Shown here: one piece after another, positions 1 to 13,599 of the stretch
How the letters are laid out: each line of letters starts with the position of its first letter
How positions within the stretch are numbered: position 1 is the first letter of the stretch
Source of the DNA: Auanema rhodensis
Taxonomy: Eukaryota; Animalia; Nematoda
Assembly (NCBI GenBank): GCA_964057225.1
Contig: OZ059900.1
Coordinates: 868,001 to 932,000 of the forward strand
DNA: 64,000 nucleotides
Direction of reading: 5' to 3'
Position numbers and translations under genes: made by a program
Notes under the pieces: generated by a model
Told to the model about the DNA's origin: nothing
What the model saw: only the letters and a program-made list of their open reading frames with translations
The model's database searches: none

Positions 1-3000
1 CATCAATTAAACGCTAGTGATGTTTAAATACTGAATTTCGCTCAAATAGCATTACTACACTAAGTATGGTCGTTTTTATGCCTTTAACACCATATACTCA
101 CCGATTTTTGGTACAAAATCTGTAATACTCGTAAATTTTGATCATATTCGTTAAGATTTGAGAATCAAACATACAATACACGAAATAAGTTTATTTTTAC
201 GAGTTTGCACTGATATTTATTCATTTTGATCAAAAAAGGTCGAAAATAGAAAGAATTTTTGAAATTTCCGAGTTTTGAGTCTAATTTGGCTAAATCGCTC
301 ATATATATGATCAAAAGCATAGTTTTACTGTCTATGATAACAAAAGTCTTCAAATATACACTAATAATGATTTAATCACTGAATTTCACTCAAATAGCAT
401 TACTACACTAAGTATGGTCGTTTTTATGCCTTTAACACCATATACTCACCGATTTTTGGTACAAAATCTGTGATACTCGTAAATTTCGATCATATTGGGT
501 GAGATTCGAGAATCAAACACACAATACACGAAATAAGTTTATTTTTACGAGTTTGCACTGATATTTATTCATTTTGATCAAAAAAGGTCGAAAATAGAAA
601 GAATTTTTGAAATTTCCGAGTTTTGAGTCTAATTTGGCTAAATCGCTCATATATATGATCAAAAGCATAGTTTTACTGTCTATGATAACAAAAGTCTTCA
701 AATATACACTAATAATGTGTAAATCACTGAATTTCACTCAAATAGCATTACTACACTAAGTATGGTCGTTTTTATGCCTTTAACACCATATACTCACCGA
801 TTTTTGGTACAAAATCTGTGATACTCGTAAATTTCGATCATATTCGTTAAGATTCGAGAATCAAACACACAATACACGAAATGAGTTTATTTTCACGAGT
901 TTGCACTGATATTTATTCATTTTGATCAAAAAAGGTCGAAATAAGAAAGAATTTTTGAATTTTCCGAGTTTTGAGTCCAATTTGGCTAAATCGCTCATAT
1001 ATAAGATCAAAAGCATAGTTTTATTGTCTATAACAACAAAAGTCATCAATTAAACGCTAGTGATGTTTAAATACTGAATTTCGCTCAAATAGCATTACTA
1101 CACTAAGTATGGTCGTTTTTATGCCTTTAACACCATATACTCACCGATTTTTGGTACAAAATCTGTAATACTCGTAAATTTTGATCATATTCGTTAAGAT
1201 TTGAGAATCAAACATACAATACAAAAAATCAGTCTATTTTTATGAGCTTGCACTGATATATATTCATTTTGATCAAAAAAGGTCGAAAATAGAAAGAATT
1301 TTTGAAATTTCCGAGTTTTGAGTCTAATTTGGCTAATTCGCTCATATATATGATCACAAGCATAGTTTTATTGTCTATAACAACAAAAGTCATCAATTAA
1401 ACGCTAGTGATGTTTAAATACTGAATTTCGCTCAAATAGCATTACTACACTAAGTATGGTCGTTTTTATGCCTTTAACACCATATACTCACCGATTTTTG
1501 GTACAAAATCTGTAATACTCGTAAATTTTGATCATATTTGTTAAGATTTGAAAATCAAACACATAATACACGAAATAAGTCTATTTTTATGAGTTTGCAC
1601 TGATATTTATTCATTTTGATCAAAAAAGGTCGAAAATAGAAAGAATTTTTGAAATTTCCGAGTTTTGAGTCTAATTTGGCTAATTCGCTCATATATATGA
1701 TCACAAGCATAGTTTTATTGTCTATGACAACAAAAATCATCAATTAAACGCTAGTGATGTTTAAATACTGATTTTCGCTCAAATAGCATTACTACACTAA
1801 GTATGGTCGTTTTTATGCCTTTAACACCATATACTAACCGATTTTTGGTACAAAATCTGTAATACTCGTAAATTTTGATCATATTCGTTAAGATTTGAGA
1901 ATCAAACATACGATACACAAAATCAGTCTATTTTTATGAGCTTGCACTGATATATATTCATTTTGATCAAAAAAGGTCGAAAATAGAAAGAATTTTTGAA
2001 ATTTCCGAGTTTTGAGTCTAATTTGGCTAAATCGCTCATATATATGATAAAAAGCATAGTTTTACTGTCTATGATAACAAAAGTCTTCAAATATACACTA
2101 ATAATGATTAAATCACTGAATTTCAGTCAAATAGCATTACTACACTAAGTATGGTCGTTTTTATGCCTTTAACACCATATACTCACCGATTTTTGGTACA
2201 AAATCTGTAATACTTGTAAATTTTGATCATATTTGTTAAGATTCGAGAATCAAACACATAATACACGAAATAAGTCTATTTTTACAAGTTTGCACTGATA
2301 TTTATTCATTTTGATCAAAAAAGGTCGAAAATAGAAAGAATTTTTGAAATTTCCGAGTTTTGAGTCCAATTTGGCTAAATCGCTCATATATAAGATCAAA
2401 AGCATAGTTTTATTGTCTATAACAACAAAAGTCATCAATTAAACGCTAGTGATGTTTAAATACTGAATTTCGCTCAAATAGCATTACTACACTAAGTATG
2501 GTCGTTTTTATGCCTTTAACACCATATACTCACCGATTTTTGGTACAAAATCTGTAATACTTGTAAATTTTGATCATATTTGTTAAGATTCGAGAATCAA
2601 ACACATAATACACGAAATAAGTCTATTTTTACAAGTTTGCACTGATATTTATTCATTTTGATCAAAAAAGGTCGAAAATAGAAAGAATTTTTGAAATTTC
2701 CGAGTTTTGAGTCCAATTTGGCTAAATCGCTCATATATATGATCAGAAGCATAGTTTTATTGTCTATGACAACAAAAATCATCAATTAAACGCTAGTGAT
2801 GTTTAAATACTGATTTTCGCTCAAATAGCATTACTACACTAAGTATGGTCGTTTTTATGCCTTTAACACCATATACTCACCGATTTTTGGTACAAAATCT
2901 GTAATACTCGTAAATTTTGATCATATTCGTTAAGATTTGAGAATCAAACATACAATACAAAAAATCAGTCTATTTTTATGAGCTTGCACTGATATATATT

Positions 3001-6000
3001 CATTTTGATCAAAAAAGGTCGAAAATAGAAAGAATTTTTGAAATTTCCGAGTTTTGAGTCTAATTTGGCTAAATCGCTCATATATATGATCAAAAGCATA
3101 GTTTTACTGTCTATGATAACAAAAGTCTTCAAATATACACTAATAATGATTAAATCACTGAATTTCAGTCAAATAGCATTACTACACTAAGTATGGTCGT
3201 TTTTATGCCTTTAACACCATATACTCACCGATTTTTGGTACAAAATCTGTAATACTTGTAAATTTTGATCATATTTGTTAAGATTCGAGAATCAAACACA
3301 TAATACACGAAATAAGTCTATTTTTACAAGTTTGCACTGATATTTATTCATTTTGATCAAAAAAGGTCGAAAATAGAAAGAATTTTTGAAATTTCCGAGT
3401 TTTGAGTCCAATTTGGCTAAATCGCTCATATATAAGATCAAAAGCATAGTTTTATTGTCTATAACAACAAAAGTCATCAATTAAACGCTAGTGATGTTTA
3501 AATACTGAATTTCGCTCAAATAGCATTACTACACTAAGTATGGTCGTTTTTATGCCTTTAACACCATATACTCACCGATTTTTGGTACAAAATCTGTAAT
3601 ACTCGTAAATTTTGATCATATTCGTTAAGATTTGAGAATCAAACATACAATACACAAAATCAGTCTATTTTTATGAGCTTGCACTGATATATATTCATTT
3701 TGATCAAAAAAGGTCGAAAATAGAAAGAATTTTTGAAATTTCCGAGTTTTGAGTCTAATTTGGCTAAATCGCTCATATATATGATCAGAAGCATAGTTTT
3801 ATTGTCTATGACAACAAAAGTCATCAATTAAACGCTAGTGATGTTTAAATACTGATTTTCGCTCAAATAGCATTACTACACTAAGTATGGTCGTTTTTAT
3901 GCCTTTAACACCATATACTCACCGATTTTTGGTACAAAATCTGTAATACTCGTAAATTTTGATCATATTCGTTAAGATTTGAAAATCAAACACATAATAC
4001 ACGAAATAAGTCTATTTTTACAAGTTTGCACTGATATTTATTCATTTTGATCAAAAAAGGTCGAAAATAGAAAGAATTTTTGAAATTTCCGAGTTTTGAG
4101 TCCAATTTGGCTAAATCGCTCATATATAAGATCAAAAGCATAGTTTTATTGTCTATAACAACAAAAGTCATCAATTAAACGCTAGTGATGTTTAAATACT
4201 GAATTTCGCTCAAATAGCATTACTACACTAAGTATGGTCGTTTTTATGCCTTTAACACCATATACTCACCGATTTTTGGTACAAAATCTGTGATACTCGT
4301 AAATTTCGATCATATTGGGTGAGATTCGAGAATCAAACACACAATACACGAAATAAGTTTATTTTTACGAGTTTGCACTGATATTTATTCATTTTGATCG
4401 AAAAAGGTCGAAAATAGAAAGAATTTTTGAAATTTCCGAGTTTTGAGTCTAATTTGGCTAAATCGCTCATATATATGATCAAAAGCATAGTTTTACTGTC
4501 TATGATAACAAAAGTCTTCAAATATACACTAATAATGTGTAAATCACTGAATTTCACTCAAATAGCATTACTACACTAAGTATGGTCGTTTTTATGCCTT
4601 TAACACCATATACTCACCGATTTTTGGTACAAAATCTGTGATACTCGTAAATTTTGATCATATTCGGTGAGATTCGAGGATCGAACACACAATACACGAA
4701 ATAAGTTTATTTTACGAGTTTGCACTGATATTTATTCATTTTTATCAAAAAAGGTCGAAAATAGAAAGAATTTTTGAAATTTCCGAGTTTTGAGTCTAAT
4801 TTGGCTAAATCGCTCATATATATGATCAAACGCATAGTTTTACTGTCTATGATAACAAAAGTCTTCAAATATACACTAATAATGTGTAAATCACTGAATT
4901 TCACTCAAATAGCTTTACTACACTAAGTATGGTCGTTTTTATGCCTTTAACACCATATACTCACCGATTTTTGGTACAAAATCTGTAATACTCGTAAATT
5001 TTGATCATATTCGTTAAGATTTGAGAATCAAACATACAATACACAAAATCAGTCTATTTTTATAAGCTTGCACTGATATATATTCATTTTGATCAAAAAA
5101 GGTCGAAAATAGAAAGAATTTTTGAAATTTCCGAGTTTTGAGTCTAATTTGGCTAAATCGCTCATATACATGATCAGAAGCATAGTTTCATTGTCTATGA
5201 CAACAAAAGTCATCAATTAAACGCTAGTGATGTTTAAATACTGATTTTCGCTCAAATAGCATTACTACACTAAGTATGGTCGTTTTTATGCCTTTAACAC
5301 CATATACTCACCGATTTTTGGTACAAAATCTGTAATACTCGTAAATTTTGATCATATTCGTTAAGATTTGAAAATCAAACATACAATACGCAAAATCAGT
5401 CTATTTTTATGAGCTTGCACTGATATATATTCATTTTGATCAAAAAAGGTCGAAAATAGAAAGAATTTTTGAAATTTCCGAGTTTTGAGTCTAATTTGGC
5501 TAAATCGCTCATATATATGATCAAAAGCATAGTTTTATTGTCTATGACAACAAAAGTCATCAATTAAACGCTAGTGATGTTTAAATACTGAATTTCGCTC
5601 AAATAGCATTACTACACTAAGTATGGTCGTTTTTATGCCTTTAACACCATATACTCACCGATTTTTGGTACAAAATCTGTAATACTCGTAAATTTTGATC
5701 ATATTCGTTAAGATTTGAGAATCAAACATACAATACACGAAATAAGTTTATTTTTACGAGTTTGCACTGATATTTATTCATTTTGATCAAAAAAGGTCGA
5801 AAATAGAAAGAATTTTTGAAATTTCCGAGTTTTGAGTCTAATTTGGCTAAATCGCTCATATATATGATCAAAAGCATAGTTTTACTGTCTATGATAACAA
5901 AAGTCTTCAAATATACACTAATAATGATTTAATCACTGAATTTCACTCAAATAGCATTACTACACTAAGTATGGTCGTTTTTATGCCTTTAACACCATAT

Positions 6001-9000
6001 ACTCACCGATTTTTGGTACAAAATCTGTGATACTCGTAAATTTCGATCATATTGGGTGAGATTCGAGAATCAAACACACAATACACGAAATAAGTTTATT
6101 TTTACGAGTTTGCACTGATATTTATTCATTTTGATCAAAAAAGGTCGAAAATAGAAAGAATTTTTGAAATTTCCGAGTTTTGAGTCTAATTTGGCTAAAT
6201 CGCTCATATATATGATCAAAAGCATAGTTTTACTGTCTATGATAACAAAAGTCTTCAAATATACACTAATAATGTGTAAATCACTGAATTTCACTCAAAT
6301 AGCATTACTACACTAAGTATGGTCGTTTTTATGCCTTTAACACCATATACTCACCGATTTTTGGTACAAAATCTGTGATACTCGTAAATTTCGATCATAT
6401 TCGTTAAGATTCGAGAATCAAACACACAATACACGAAATGAGTTTATTTTCACGAGTTTGCACTGATATTTATTCATTTTGATCAAAAAAGGTCGAAATA
6501 AGAAAGAATTTTTGAATTTTCCGAGTTTTGAGTCCAATTTGGCTAAATCGCTCATATATAAGATCAAAAGCATAGTTTTATTGTCTATAACAACAAAAGT
6601 CATCAATTAAACGCTAGTGATGTTTAAATACTGAATTTCGCTCAAATAGCATTACTACACTAAGTATGGTCGTTTTTATGCCTTTAACACCATATACTCA
6701 CCGATTTTTGGTACAAAATCTGTAATACTCGTAAATTTTGATCATATTCGTTAAGATTTGAGAATCAAACATACAATACAAAAAATCAGTCTATTTTTAT
6801 GAGCTTGCACTGATATATATTCATTTTGATCAAAAAAGGTCGAAAATAGAAAGAATTTTTGAAATTTCCGAGTTTTGAGTCTAATTTGGCTAATTCGCTC
6901 ATATATATGATCACAAGCATAGTTTTATTGTCTATAACAACAAAAGTCATCAATTAAACGCTAGTGATGTTTAAATACTGAATTTCGCTCAAATAGCATT
7001 ACTACACTAAGTATGGTCGTTTTTATGCCTTTAACACCATATACTCACCGATTTTTGGTACAAAATCTGTAATACTCGTAAATTTTGATCATATTTGTTA
7101 AGATTTGAAAATCAAACACATAATACACGAAATAAGTCTATTTTTATGAGTTTGCACTGATATTTATTCATTTTGATCAAAAAAGGTCGAAAATAGAAAG
7201 AATTTTTGAAATTTCCGAGTTTTGAGTCTAATTTGGCTAATTCGCTCATATATATGATCACAAGCATAGTTTTATTGTCTATGACAACAAAAATCATCAA
7301 TTAAACGCTAGTGATGTTTAAATACTGATTTTCGCTCAAATAGCATTACTACACTAAGTATGGTCGTTTTTATGCCTTTAACACCATATACTAACCGATT
7401 TTTGGTACAAAATCTGTAATACTCGTAAATTTTGATCATATTCGTTAAGATTTGAGAATCAAACATACGATACACAAAATCAGTCTATTTTTATGAGCTT
7501 GCACTGATATATATTCATTTTGATCAAAAAAGGTCGAAAATAGAAAGAATTTTTGAAATTTCCGAGTTTTGAGTCTAATTTGGCTAAATCGCTCATATAT
7601 ATGATAAAAAGCATAGTTTTACTGTCTATGATAACAAAAGTCTTCAAATATACACTAATAATGATTAAATCACTGAATTTCAGTCAAATAGCATTACTAC
7701 ACTAAGTATGGTCGTTTTTATGCCTTTAACACCATATACTCACCGATTTTTGGTACAAAATCTGTAATACTTGTAAATTTTGATCATATTTGTTAAGATT
7801 CGAGAATCAAACACATAATACACGAAATAAGTCTATTTTTACAAGTTTGCACTGATATTTATTCATTTTGATCAAAAAAGGTCGAAAATAGAAAGAATTT
7901 TTGAAATTTCCGAGTTTTGAGTCCAATTTGGCTAAATCGCTCATATATAAGATCAAAAGCATAGTTTTATTGTCTATAACAACAAAAGTCATCAATTAAA
8001 CGCTAGTGATGTTTAAATACTGAATTTCGCTCAAATAGCATTACTACACTAAGTATGGTCGTTTTTATGCCTTTAACACCATATACTCACCGATTTTTGG
8101 TACAAAATCTGTAATACTTGTAAATTTTGATCATATTTGTTAAGATTCGAGAATCAAACACATAATACACGAAATAAGTCTATTTTTACAAGTTTGCACT
8201 GATATTTATTCATTTTGATCAAAAAAGGTCGAAAATAGAAAGAATTTTTGAAATTTCCGAGTTTTGAGTCCAATTTGGCTAAATCGCTTATATATATGAT
8301 CAGAAGCATAGTTTTATTGTCTATGACAACAAAAATCATCAATTAAACGCTAGTGATGTTTAAATACTGATTTTCGCTCAAATAGCATTACTACACTAAG
8401 TATGGTCGTTTTTATGCCTTTAACACCATATACTCACCGATTTTTGGTACAAAATCTGTAATACTCGTAAATTTTGATCATATTCGTTAAGATTTGAGAA
8501 TCAAACATACAATACAAAAAATCAGTCTATTTTTATGAGCTTGCACTGATATATATTCATTTTGATCAAAAAAGGTCGAAAATAGAAAGAATTTTTGAAA
8601 TTTCCGAGTTTTGAGTCTAATTTGGCTAAATCGCTCATATATATGATCAAAAGCATAGTTTTACTGTCTATGATAACAAAAGTCTTCAAATATACACTAA
8701 TAATGATTAAATCACTGAATTTCAGTCAAATAGCATTACTACACTAAGTATGGTCGTTTTTATGCCTTTAACACCATATACTCACCGATTTTTGGTACAA
8801 AATCTGTAATACTTGTAAATTTTGATCATATTTGTTAAGATTCGAGAATCAAACACATAATACACGAAATAAGTCTATTTTTACAAGTTTGCACTGATAT
8901 TTATTCATTTTGATCAAAAAAGGTCGAAAATAGAAAGAATTTTTGAAATTTCCGAGTTTTGAGTCCAATTTGGCTAAATCGCTCATATATAAGATCAAAA

Positions 9001-9848
9001 GCATAGTTTTATTGTCTATAACAACAAAAGTCATCAATTAAACGCTAGTGATGTTTAAATACTGAATTTCGCTCAAATAGCATTACTACACTAAGTATGG
9101 TCGTTTTTATGCCTTTAACACCATATACTCACCGATTTTTGGTACAAAATCTGTAATACTCGTAAATTTTGATCATATTCGTTAAGATTTGAGAATCAAA
9201 CATACAATACACAAAATCAGTCTATTTTTATGAGCTTGCACTGATATATATTCATTTTGATCAAAAAAGGTCGAAAATAGAAAGAATTTTTGAAATTTCC
9301 GAGTTTTGAGTCTAATTTGGCTAAATCGCTCATATATATGATCAGAAGCATAGTTTTATTGTCTATGACAACAAAAGTCATCAATTAAACGCTAGTGATG
9401 TTTAAATACTGATTTTCGCTCAAATAGCATTACTACACTAAGTATGGTCGTTTTTATGCCTTTAACACCATATACTCACCGATTTTTGGTACAAAATCTG
9501 TAATACTCGTAAATTTTGATCATATTCGTTAAGATTTGAAAATCAAACACATAATACACGAAATAAGTCTATTTTTACAAGTTTGCACTGATATTTATTC
9601 ATTTTGATCAAAAAAGGTCGAAAATAGAAAGAATTTTTGAAATTTCCGAGTTTTGAGTCCAATTTGGCTAAATCGCTCATATATAAGATCAAAAGCATAG
9701 TTTTATTGTCTATAACAACAAAAGTCATCAATTAAACGCTAGTGATGTTTAAATACTGAATTTCGCTCAAATAGCATTACTACACTAAGTATGGTCGTTT
9801 TTATGCCTTTAACACCATATACTCACCGATTTTTGGTACAAAATCTGT
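1..9848 (+). repeat. Higher-order repeat, 16-monomer period (5557 bp): 1-4291 repeated at 5558-9848
   Basis: Eight ORF variants pair at a constant offset of 5557 (165/5722, 513/6070, 861/6418, 1555/7112, 2250/7807, 2597/8154, 3292/8849, 3986/9543). One SNP was noticed (cgctca vs cgctta near 8289). Confidence 0.9.
42..123 (+). other. Nearly invariant ~82-bp monomer core (first instance; recurs in every full monomer)
   Basis: tcaaatagcattactacactaagtatggtcgtttttatgcctttaacaccatatactcaccgatttttggtacaaaatctgt is the same in all monomer types apart from low-frequency single changes, while the flanking segments have several multi-SNP haplotypes. Confidence 0.8.
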
Positions 9849-11280
9849 AATACTTGTAAATTTTGATCATATTTGTTAAGATTCGAGAATCAAACACATA
9901 ATACACGAAATAAGTCTATTTTTACAAGTTTGCACTGATATTTATTCATTTTGATCAAAAAAGGTCGAAAATAGAAAGAATTTTTGAAATTTCCGAGTTT
10001 TGAGTCCAATTTGGCTAAATCGCTCATATATATGATCAGAAGCATAGTTTTATTGTCTATGACAACAAAAATCATCAATTAAACGCTAGTGATGTTTAAA
10101 TACTGATTTTCGCTCAAATAGCATTACTACACTAAGTATGGTCGTTTTTATGCCTTTAACACCATATACTCACCGATTTTTGGTACAAAATCTGTAATAC
10201 TCGTAAATTTTGATCATATTCGTTAAGATTTGAGAATCAAACATACAATACAAAAAATCAGTCTATTTTTATGAGCTTGCACTGATATATATTCATTTTG
10301 ATCAAAAAAGGTCGAAAATAGAAAGAATTTTTGAAATTTCCGAGTTTTGAGTCTAATTTGGCTAAATCGCTCATATATATGATCAAAAGCATAGTTTTAC
10401 TGTCTATGATAACAAAAGTCTTCAAATATACACTAATAATGATTAAATCACTGAATTTCAGTCAAATAGCATTACTACACTAAGTATGGTCGTTTTTATG
10501 CCTTTAACACCATATACTCACCGATTTTTGGTACAAAATCTGTAATACTTGTAAATTTTGATCATATTTGTTAAGATTCGAGAATCAAACACATAATACA
10601 CGAAATAAGTCTATTTTTACAAGTTTGCACTGATATTTATTCATTTTGATCAAAAAAGGTCGAAAATAGAAAGAATTTTTGAAATTTCCGAGTTTTGAGT
10701 CCAATTTGGCTAAATCGCTCATATATAAGATCAAAAGCATAGTTTTATTGTCTATAACAACAAAAGTCATCAATTAAACGCTAGTGATGTTTAAATACTG
10801 AATTTCGCTCAAATAGCATTACTACACTAAGTATGGTCGTTTTTATGCCTTCAACACCATATACTCACCGATTTTTGGTACAAAATCTGTAATACTCGTA
10901 AATTTTGATCATATTCGTTAAGATTTGAGAATCAAACATACAATACACAAAATCAGTCTATTTTTATGAGCTTGCACTGATATATATTCATTTTGATCAA
11001 AAAAGGTCGAAAATAGAAAGAATTTTTGAAATTTCCGAGTTTTGAGTCTAATTTGGCTAAATCGCTCATATATATGATCAGAAGCATAGTTTTATTGTCT
11101 ATGACAACAAAAGTCATCAATTAAACGCTAGTGATGTTTAAATACTGATTTTCGCTCAAATAGCATTACTACACTAAGTATGGTCGTTTTTATGCCTTTA
11201 ACACCATATACTCACCGATTTTTGGTACAAAATCTGTAATACTCGTAAATTTTGATCATATTCGTTAAGATTTGAAAATC
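7807..11280 (+). repeat. 5-monomer duplication (1736 bp), overlapping a 12-monomer (4167 bp) recurrence
   Basis: Offsets 7807/9543, 8154/9890 and 8849/10585 = 1736. Offsets 7112/11279, 7807/11974 and 8154/12321 = 4167, supported by the shared ctaaccg variant. Confidence 0.8.
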
Positions 11281-13599
11281 AAACACATAATACACGAAAT
11301 AAGTCTATTTTTATAAGTTTGCACTGATATTTATTCATTTTGATCAAAAAAGGTCGAAAATAGAAAGAATTTTTGAAATTTCCGAGTTTTGAGTCTAATT
11401 TGGCTAATTCGCTCATATATATGATCACAAGCATAGTTTTATTGTCTATGACAACAAAAATCATCAATTAAACGCTAGTGATGTTTAAATACTGATTTTC
11501 GCTCAAATAGCATTACTACACTAAGTATGGTCGTTTTTATGCCTTTAACACCATATACTAACCGATTTTTGGTACAAAATCTGTAATACTCGTAAATTTT
11601 GATCATATTCGTTAAGATTTGAGAATCAAACATACGATACACAAAATCAGTCTATTTTTATGAGCTTGCACTGATATATATTCATTTTGATCAAAAAAGG
11701 TCGAAAATAGAAAGAATTTTTGAAATTTCCGAGTTTTGAGTCTAATTTGGCTAAATCGCTCATATATATGATAAAAAGCATAGTTTTACTGTCTATGATA
11801 ACAAAAGTCTTCAAATATACACTAATAATGATTAAATCACTGAATTTCAGTCAAATAGCATTACTACACTAAGTATGGTCGTTTTTATGCCTTTAACACC
11901 ATATACTCACCGATTTTTGGTACAAAATCTGTAATACTTGTAAATTTTGATCATATTTGTTAAGATTCGAGAATCAAACACATAATACACGAAATAAGTC
12001 TATTTTTACAAGTTTGCACTGATATTTATTCATTTTGATCAAAAAAGGTCGAAAATAGAAAGAATTTTTGAAATTTCCGAGTTTTGAGTCCAATTTGGCT
12101 AAATCGCTCATATATAAGATCAAAAGCATAGTTTTATTGTCTATAACAACAAAAGTCATCAATTAAACGCTAGTGATGTTTAAATACTGAATTTCGCTCA
12201 AATAGCATTACTACACTAAGGATGGTCGTTTTTATGCCTTTAACACCATATACTCACCGATTTTTGGTACAAAATCTGTAATACTTGTAAATTTCGATCA
12301 TATTTGTTAAGATTCGAGAATCAAACACATAATACACGAAATAAGTCTATTTTTACAAGTTTGCACTGATATTTATTCATTTTGATCAAAAAAGGTCGAA
12401 AATAGAAAGAATTTTTGAAATTTCCGAGTTTTGAGTCCAATTTGGCTAAATCGCTCATATATATGATCAGAAGCATAGTTTTATTGTCTATGACTACAAA
12501 AATCATCAATTAAACGCTAGTGATGTTTAAATACTGATTTTCGCTCAAATAGCATTACTACACTAAGTATGGTCGTTTTTATGCCTTTAACACCATATAC
12601 TCACCGATTTTTGGTACAAAATCTGTAATACTCGTAAATTTTGATCATATTCGTTAAGATTTGAGAATCAAACATACAATACAAAAAATCAGTCTATTTT
12701 TATGAGCTTGCACTGATATATATTCATTTTGATCAAAAAAGGTCGAAAATAGAAAGAATTTTTGAAGTTTCCGAGTTTTGAGTCCAATTTGGCTAAATCG
12801 CTCATATATAAGATCAAAAGCATAGTTTTATTGTCTATAACAACAAAAGTCATCAATTAAACGCTAGTGATGTTTAAATACTGAATTTCGCTCAAATAGC
12901 ATTACTACACTAAGTATGGTCGTTTTTATGCCTTTAACACCATATACTCACCGATTTTTGGTACAAAATCTGTAATACTCGTAAATTTTGATCATATTCG
13001 TTAAGATTTGAGAATCAAACATACAATACAAAAAATCAGTCTATTTTTATGAGCTTGCACTGATATATATTCATTTTGATCAAAAAAGGTCGAAAATAGA
13101 AAGAATTTTTGAAATTTCCGAGTTTTGAGTCTAATTTGGCTAAATCGCTCATATATATGATCAAAAGCATAGTTTTACTGTCTATGATAACAAAAGTCTT
13201 CAAATATACACTAATAATGATTAAATCACTGAATTTCAGTCAAATAGCATTACTACACTAAGTATGGTCGTTTTTATGCCTTTAACACCATATACTCACC
13301 GATTTTTGGTACAAAATCTGTAATACTTGTAAATTTTGATCATATTTGTTAAGATTCGAGAATCAAACACATAATACACGAAATAAGTCTATTTTTACAA
13401 GTTTGCACTGATATTTATTCATTTTGATCAAAAAAGGTCGAAAATAGAAAGAATTTTTGAAGTTTCCGAGTTTTGAGTCCAATTTGGCTAAATCGCTCAT
13501 ATATAAGATCAAAAGCATAGTTTTATTGTCTATAACAACAAAAGTCATCAATTAAACGCTAGTGATGTTTAAATACTGAATTTCGCTCAAATAGCATTA

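Noticed and set aside
1-347. Assignment to a known family (alpha satellite or CENP-B box, Drosophila 359-bp 1.688, Tribolium ~340-360-bp satellites, plant CEN178) or to 5S rDNA/tRNA repeats
   Set aside because: Only the length and AT-richness are similar. I recognise no diagnostic sequence, canonical CENP-B box or structured RNA gene, so a database search is required.
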